Assembly: GCA_025356085.1 (NCBI GenBank)
Contig: JANXUV010000218.1
Location: 1-63,556, forward strand
Reading direction: 5' to 3'
DNA length: 63,556 nt
Origin: Betaproteobacteria bacterium
Lineage (GTDB): Bacteria; Pseudomonadota; Gammaproteobacteria; Burkholderiales; SG8-39
The notes under the pieces: generated by a model
Database searches by the model: none
What the model was told of the DNA's origin: nothing
The model's input: the letters and a program-made list of their open reading frames with translations, nothing else
Position numbers and translations under genes: made by a program
Shown here: positions 58,619-63,556 of the stretch, in pieces
Numbering within the stretch: the stretch's first letter is position 1
Layout: each line of letters begins with the position of its first letter

Positions 58619-61069
58619 ATGAGCATCAATCTTCCCAACCGCGCCGATGTCGTGATCATCGGTGGTGGCGTCACCGGGTGTTCGATCGCATATCACCTGG
58701 CCAAGATCGGCATCACCGATGTGCTCCTGCTCGAGCGCATGCAGCTCACCTGCGGCACGACGTGGCATGCCGCGGGGTTGATGGCGCAGCTGCGCGCTAA
58801 TCGCAGCCTCACCGAGCTGAACAAATACACGACGGACCTCCTCGCCGAGCTCGAACGTGAAACTGGGCAGGCAACCGGTTTCAAGCAAAACGGAACTGTA
58901 ACCGTGGCGACCAACACCGACCGGATGGAGGAGCTCGCCCGCGGCGCCTCGATGGGGCGCAATTTCGGCCTCGAGGTGAATGTCGTCACGCCCTCGGAGA
59001 TCAAGAGCCTCTATCCCCTCATCAACGTGAACGACCTTGTAGGCGGGGTGTTCCTACCGAAGGACGGCCAAGCCAATCCCGTCGACGTTACTCAGGCCTA
59101 CGCGAAGGGGGCGCGCCAGCGGGGCGCACGCATCGTCGAGGGCGTTAAGGTGTTGCGGATCCTCGTGGACAACGGTCGCGCCGTGGGCGTCGAGACCTCT
59201 CAGGGAGAAGTGCGCGCTGGCACGGTAGTACTTGCGGGCGGTATGTGGAGCCATTCGCTCGCCAAGGCGGTCGGCGTTTCGCTACCGCTGCACGCGGCCG
59301 AGCACGTCTACATTCTCACCGAGCCAATTCCCGGGTTGCCGAAGGACCTGCCCGTGTTGCGGGTGCAGGACGAGTGCGCCTATTACAAGGAAGACGCGGG
59401 CAAGATCCTGCTCGGCGCCTTCGAGCCCGTCGCCAAGCCGTGGGGCATGGATGGCATTTCCGAATCCTTCTCGTTCGATAGCCTGCAATTCGACTTTGAC
59501 CATTTCGAGCCGATCCTGGAAATGGCTACGCGACGCTTCCCGACGCTCGCCGAGACCGGTATCAAGACGTTTTTCAACGGGCCCGAAAGCTTCACTCACG
59601 ACGGCAAGTATCTTCTCGGCGAGACCTCCGAACTCGACGACCTCTTCGTGGCGTGCGGGCTCAACTCCATGGGGATCCAGTCGTCCGGCGGCGTCGGCAA
59701 GGTGATGGCCGACTGGATCCGCGACCGCCGCCCACCGATGGATCTTGCGGACGTTGATGTGCGCCGCACGCATCCCTTCCAGGCGACGCGCCGATATCTT
59801 TACGAGCGCACCACCGAGAGCCTGGGCCTGATGCACGCGATGCACTGGCCCTACCGTCAATACGCGACGGGACGGGGCGCGCGTCGCTCGCCCTTCTACG
59901 ACCGGCTCGTCGCAGCCGGTGCTTGCATGGGTGAGTTGACGGGCTGGGAGCGGCCTCATTGGTTCGCGCCCCCCGGCGTAAAACCCGAGTACGAGTATTC
60001 GTACGGCCGCCAGAACTGGTTTGCGCACGCGGCCGCCGAATGCCGCGCGGTGCAGAACAACGTGGCCCTCTTCGATCTTTCGTTCTATACGAAGATTCTC
60101 GTGACCGGCCGCGACGCGACGGCGGTGCTGAACCGCATCTCCGCGAATCAGGTCGACGTTGCCGTGGGCCGCATCGTTTACACGCAATGGCTGAATGAAA
60201 AGGGCGGCATCGAGGCAGATCTCACGATCACGCGCCTCGCCCAAAACGAATACCTCGTCGTCACGGCGGCGGCGTCCCAGTCGCGCGAGTTCGCGTGGTT
60301 GAGGAGGCACATCCCCGAGGATGCGCGCTGCACGGCGGTGGACGTAACTTCGGGGCTGGCGACGCTGGGCGTCATGGGTCCGAGAAGCCGCGAGCTCCTG
60401 AAAGAGCTCACCGGCGAGGACCTGGGCAACGGCGAATTCCCGTTCGGCACCAGCCGCGAGGTCGAAATCGGATTCGCCCGCCTGCGCGCAAGCCGAATTA
60501 CCTATGTGGGTGAGCTCGGCTGGGAGCTCTACATTCCAACCGAGTTCTCGGTGGACGTGTTTGACCGCCTCGTGGCGGCGGGCGAGAAGTACGGCCTCGC
60601 GTTCGCGGGGGCCCAGGCCACCAGTTCGTGCCGCACCGAGAAGGGCTACCGCCACTGGGGCCACGATATCGCGGACGCGGACACGGTTCTCGAGGCCGGG
60701 CTGGGCTTCGCGGTCGCATGGGACAAGAACGGCGGTTTCATCGGCCAGGAGGCGATGGTGCGGCAGCGTGAAAAGTCGCCGCTCGCAAAGCAACTCGTTC
60801 AGGTACGGCTCGACGACGACACAAAGCTCCTCTACCACGAGGAGCCCATCTGGCTGGACGGAAAAATCGCGGGGTCGATCACCTCAGGTGCCTACGGCTA
60901 TCGCGTCGATGCGAGCCTCGGCATGGGTTACGTGCGCATCGCCGAAGGGGTCACGGCCGCGTCCCTTGCCGCGGTACGGGCCGAAGTCGAGATTGCCGGT
61001 GCGCGCACCCCCGCGGTGTTGCAGCTAACCGCCTTCTACGATCCGAAAAGTGCACGGGTGAGAGCATGA
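58619..61069 (+). CDS. Dimethylglycine/sarcosine dehydrogenase-like flavoprotein (FAD plus GcvT folate domain)
   Basis: IIGGGVTG, CGTTWHAAG covalent-FAD His motif, GPESFT, GWERP, TYVGELGWELY, EKGYRHWG. Confidence 0.9.
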   Translation: MSINLPNRADVVIIGGGVTGCSIAYHLAKIGITDVLLLERMQLTCGTTWHAAGLMAQLRANRSLTELNKYTTDLLAELERETGQATGFKQNGTVTVATNTDRMEELARGASMGRNFGLEVNVVTPSEIKSLYPLINVNDLVGGVFLPKDGQANPVDVTQAYAKGARQRGARIVEGVKVLRILVDNGRAVGVETSQGEVRAGTVVLAGGMWSHSLAKAVGVSLPLHAAEHVYILTEPIPGLPKDLPVLRVQDECAYYKEDAGKILLGAFEPVAKPWGMDGISESFSFDSLQFDFDHFEPILEMATRRFPTLAETGIKTFFNGPESFTHDGKYLLGETSELDDLFVACGLNSMGIQSSGGVGKVMADWIRDRRPPMDLADVDVRRTHPFQATRRYLYERTTESLGLMHAMHWPYRQYATGRGARRSPFYDRLVAAGACMGELTGWERPHWFAPPGVKPEYEYSYGRQNWFAHAAAECRAVQNNVALFDLSFYTKILVTGRDATAVLNRISANQVDVAVGRIVYTQWLNEKGGIEADLTITRLAQNEYLVVTAAASQSREFAWLRRHIPEDARCTAVDVTSGLATLGVMGPRSRELLKELTGEDLGNGEFPFGTSREVEIGFARLRASRITYVGELGWELYIPTEFSVDVFDRLVAAGEKYGLAFAGAQATSSCRTEKGYRHWGHDIADADTVLEAGLGFAVAWDKNGGFIGQEAMVRQREKSPLAKQLVQVRLDDDTKLLYHEEPIWLDGKIAGSITSGAYGYRVDASLGMGYVRIAEGVTAASLAAVRAEVEIAGARTPAVLQLTAFYDPKSARVRA

Positions 61070-61116
61070 TAGGCCGGGCGCAAGATCGATTCACAAACGA
61101 TAGCCAAGGAAAGACC

Positions 61117-61977
61117 ATGGACGCGCATTTGACCGAGCAGCAGATCCACGAAATCAACATTCAATACCTGCCGCGCCTCACGGTGAAGAACGCGGAGGAG
61201 TACATCGAGAAATCCACAGCGCGTAGCGCCGCGGCGCGAAAGAGGATGAAGGGCCACATCGACGTGCCTTATGGGGACACGGAAGGCCAGAAGCTAGACA
61301 TCTTTCCCGCGGCCAAGCCGGGCGCCCCCGTTCACGTCTTCATCCATGGCGGTTACTGGCGCTCGCTCGACAAGCACGTTTACAGCCACGTGGCCGAGCC
61401 GATGGTCGCCGCTGGCGCGACCGTCGTGGTGATCAACTACGACCTGTGCCCCAAGGTTTGCATAACCGACATCACCGCGCAGGTGCGTCGCTCCATCGTC
61501 TGGACGTACAGAAACATCGCGAAGTACAACGGCGACCCCGACAGGATCTACGTCTCCGGCCATTCGGCGGGCGGCCACCTTACGGGAATGCTGATTGCCA
61601 CCGACTGGCGCATGGAAGCGGGACTACCCAACGACCTCATCAAGGGCACGGCGCCGCTGAGCGGGCTCTTCGACATCGAGCCCCATCGCCACTCCCAATT
61701 GCAGGCCGACATCCGCCTTACGCCCGGGGAAGTGAAGGCGATGAGCCCCATGTACCTGCCGCCGGTGGCCAGAGGGCCTTCCATCGTCGCCGTGGGCGGA
61801 ATCGAACCCGACCTCTTCCATTGGCAATCGCTCGAATACGCGGCGCGCCTGCGCCAATCCGGCATAAAGGCCGAGTACGTTGCGACGCCGGGTGATAACC
61901 ACTTCGACGTCACCGACCGGCTCGGAGACCCCCAGGACCCGCTGACCAAGGCGCTCATCGCCCAGATGGGACTGTGA
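61117..61977 (+). CDS. Alpha/beta hydrolase (arylformamidase-like)
   Basis: FIHGGYW, YDLCP, GHSAGG nucleophile elbow, NHFD. Confidence 0.85.
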   Translation: MDAHLTEQQIHEINIQYLPRLTVKNAEEYIEKSTARSAAARKRMKGHIDVPYGDTEGQKLDIFPAAKPGAPVHVFIHGGYWRSLDKHVYSHVAEPMVAAGATVVVINYDLCPKVCITDITAQVRRSIVWTYRNIAKYNGDPDRIYVSGHSAGGHLTGMLIATDWRMEAGLPNDLIKGTAPLSGLFDIEPHRHSQLQADIRLTPGEVKAMSPMYLPPVARGPSIVAVGGIEPDLFHWQSLEYAARLRQSGIKAEYVATPGDNHFDVTDRLGDPQDPLTKALIAQMGL

Positions 61978-61984
61978 CGCGCGG

Positions 61985-62872
61985 ATGGCCGCGAAGATCA
62001 TCGATGGGGTAAGAGTTTCCGCGGGCATCCGAGAGGAGTGCAAGAAGCGTGTCACGAAGCTTGCGACCCACGGCGTGACCCCCGGGTTGGCGGTGATACT
62101 GGTCGGGACGAATCCCGCGTCTCTGGTTTACGTACGAAACAAGATTCGCGCGTGCGCGGACATCGGCATTCGCTCTTTCCAATATGAGTTCCCCGTGGAT
62201 GCCGCTCCAGCCGCGGTGATCCGGCTCATCGCGGAGCTCAACCGCCGCCCGGACATCCACGGCATCCTCGTTCAGCTGCCACTGCCCCCGCACTTCTCCA
62301 TCGCAAGCGTGCTGAGCACCATTTCGCCGGACAAGGACGTCGACGGGTTCCACCTCTACAACGTCGGCGGGCTCGTCATAGGCGATACGGTCTTCCCGCC
62401 CTGTACGCCCTACGGCGTCGTGAAATTGCTCGAATACGAGAATATCCCGATCGAAGGTAAGAATGTCGTGGTGGTGGGTGCAAGCAACATCGTCGGCAAG
62501 CCGATGGCGCTCATGCTCATGCAGCGCGAAGCGACCGTCTGCATCTGCCACGCGAAGACGCGCGACCTCGCGCAATTCACTATCCTTGCGGACATCCTCG
62601 TCGTCGCCGCCGGAAAGCCGAACCTGATCCTTCCGCAGATGGTGCGCACCGGTGCCGTCGTGATCGACGTGGGCATCAATCGGCTCCCCAACGGCCTTCT
62701 GGTGGGCGACGTCGACTTCGAGGGTGTGCGCGAGAAGGCCTCGCACATCACGCCCGTGCCCGGCGGGGTGGGTCCGATGACGGTGACCATGCTCCTCGTG
62801 AACACGATCGCTTGCGCCGAGCGCCGGTTGGCTGTGCCGGTAGCAGGCTCCGCCGAGATTGCAGTGACCTAA
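61985..62872 (+). CDS. folD: Bifunctional methylene-THF dehydrogenase/methenyl-THF cyclohydrolase
   Basis: YVRNK, GILVQLPLP, KDVDGFH, PCTPYG, TPVPGGVGPMT. Confidence 0.95.
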   Translation: MAAKIIDGVRVSAGIREECKKRVTKLATHGVTPGLAVILVGTNPASLVYVRNKIRACADIGIRSFQYEFPVDAAPAAVIRLIAELNRRPDIHGILVQLPLPPHFSIASVLSTISPDKDVDGFHLYNVGGLVIGDTVFPPCTPYGVVKLLEYENIPIEGKNVVVVGASNIVGKPMALMLMQREATVCICHAKTRDLAQFTILADILVVAAGKPNLILPQMVRTGAVVIDVGINRLPNGLLVGDVDFEGVREKASHITPVPGGVGPMTVTMLLVNTIACAERRLAVPVAGSAEIAVT

Positions 62873-62898
62873 CGCTTCCAGACAAGAGACCCGAACTC

Positions 62899-63556
62899 AT
62901 GAAACACACGCCTTTGTTCGACCGTCACGCGCGCGAAGCCGCCGCCGTCATTAATCTCAAGGGCACGGCGCGCGCCATGCACTACGGTGGCCACGTGGCG
63001 GAGCACAAAGCCACGCGCGAGGCGGTGAGCTTGTGCGATGTGTCGCACATGGGAGAGCTGGATTTCAAAGGCCGCGACGCCCTGGCGCTGGTGCAGAAGA
63101 TCATCACCAACGATGCGGCCAAGCTCGCGGTGAACGAGGCCCTCTATTCGGCCATGTGCGCGGACGACGGCATGGTTATCGACGACCTTGTCTGTTTTCG
63201 GCTGGGGGAGGACCATTACCGCTGGGTCGTCAATGTCACCAAGATCGAGGAGGACTATCACTGGGTGTTGAAGCACGCCCATGGCATGGATGTGAAGGTG
63301 AACAACATCTCGACCGACACCGCACTCCTCGCCCTCCAGGGCCCCAGATCGCTGGAGGCGCTGCAACGGATCACGAAAGCGGACCTGTCGAAGCTCGCGT
63401 ACTACTCGCTCGTGCAAACCATCATCCACACGGAACATGCGGAAATTCCCGTCATCATCAGCCGCACCGGCTATACCGGGGAGCGAGGTTTCGAAATAAT
63501 GGTGAGCCGCGACCTCGTGACCTGGGTCTGGGATGAATTGTTGATGGTGGGCCGGC
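62899..63556 (+). CDS. GcvT family aminomethyltransferase, partial (runs off window end)
   Basis: Manual translation MKHTPLFDRH, CDVSHMGE, GMVIDD, LALQGP, SRTGYTGERGFEI. Confidence 0.88.
   Translation, partial: MKHTPLFDRHAREAAAVINLKGTARAMHYGGHVAEHKATREAVSLCDVSHMGELDFKGRDALALVQKIITNDAAKLAVNEALYSAMCADDGMVIDDLVCFRLGEDHYRWVVNVTKIEEDYHWVLKHAHGMDVKVNNISTDTALLALQGPRSLEALQRITKADLSKLAYYSLVQTIIHTEHAEIPVIISRTGYTGERGFEIMVSRDLVTWVWDELLMVGR

Overview
GC-rich bacterial chromosome segment, very likely a betaproteobacterium, judged from the gyrA-serC-pheA-hisC-tyrA-aroA-cmk-rpsA-ihfB-lapAB order, the ompA-ubiG-gph-ssrA neighbourhood and several Bug/TctC solute-binding genes. 1-28.6 kb is accessory metabolism: acyl-CoA catabolism (paaH, thiolase, gcdH), an orphan CoxL/XdhB-type molybdoenzyme subunit coupled to an S1C protease-MoxR-DUF58-vWA module, an NRAMP transporter, dadA, an EAL protein, and a ThDP enzyme/TauD/Bug/FAH/FMN-oxidase catabolic cluster. 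28.6-30.0 kb is a mosaic of gene remnants next to the tmRNA gene (30045-30413). 30.5-55.0 kb is conserved core genome. After tRNA-Ser(TGA) (55134-55221) come a partly decayed HNH/SRA nuclease patch and an island-like folate-linked N-demethylation cluster that runs off the window end. No CRISPR array, rRNA, intact transposase or integrase was seen. Top novelty candidates: (1) an unannotated stand-alone locus at about 17186-17506 with palindromes, two leader hairpins, a strong RBS, the 14-aa micro-ORF MAKKKAKKKGKKKK and a 3' hairpin; (2) recurrent AT-rich, rare-codon islets inside otherwise GC-biased genes; (3) an HNH nuclease with a glycine-zipper tail plus hidden HNH and SRA-domain remnants at the tRNA; (4) a graveyard of outer-membrane beta-barrel gene fragments and several deletion junctions. 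All family assignments come from motif recognition by eye; no database search was run.
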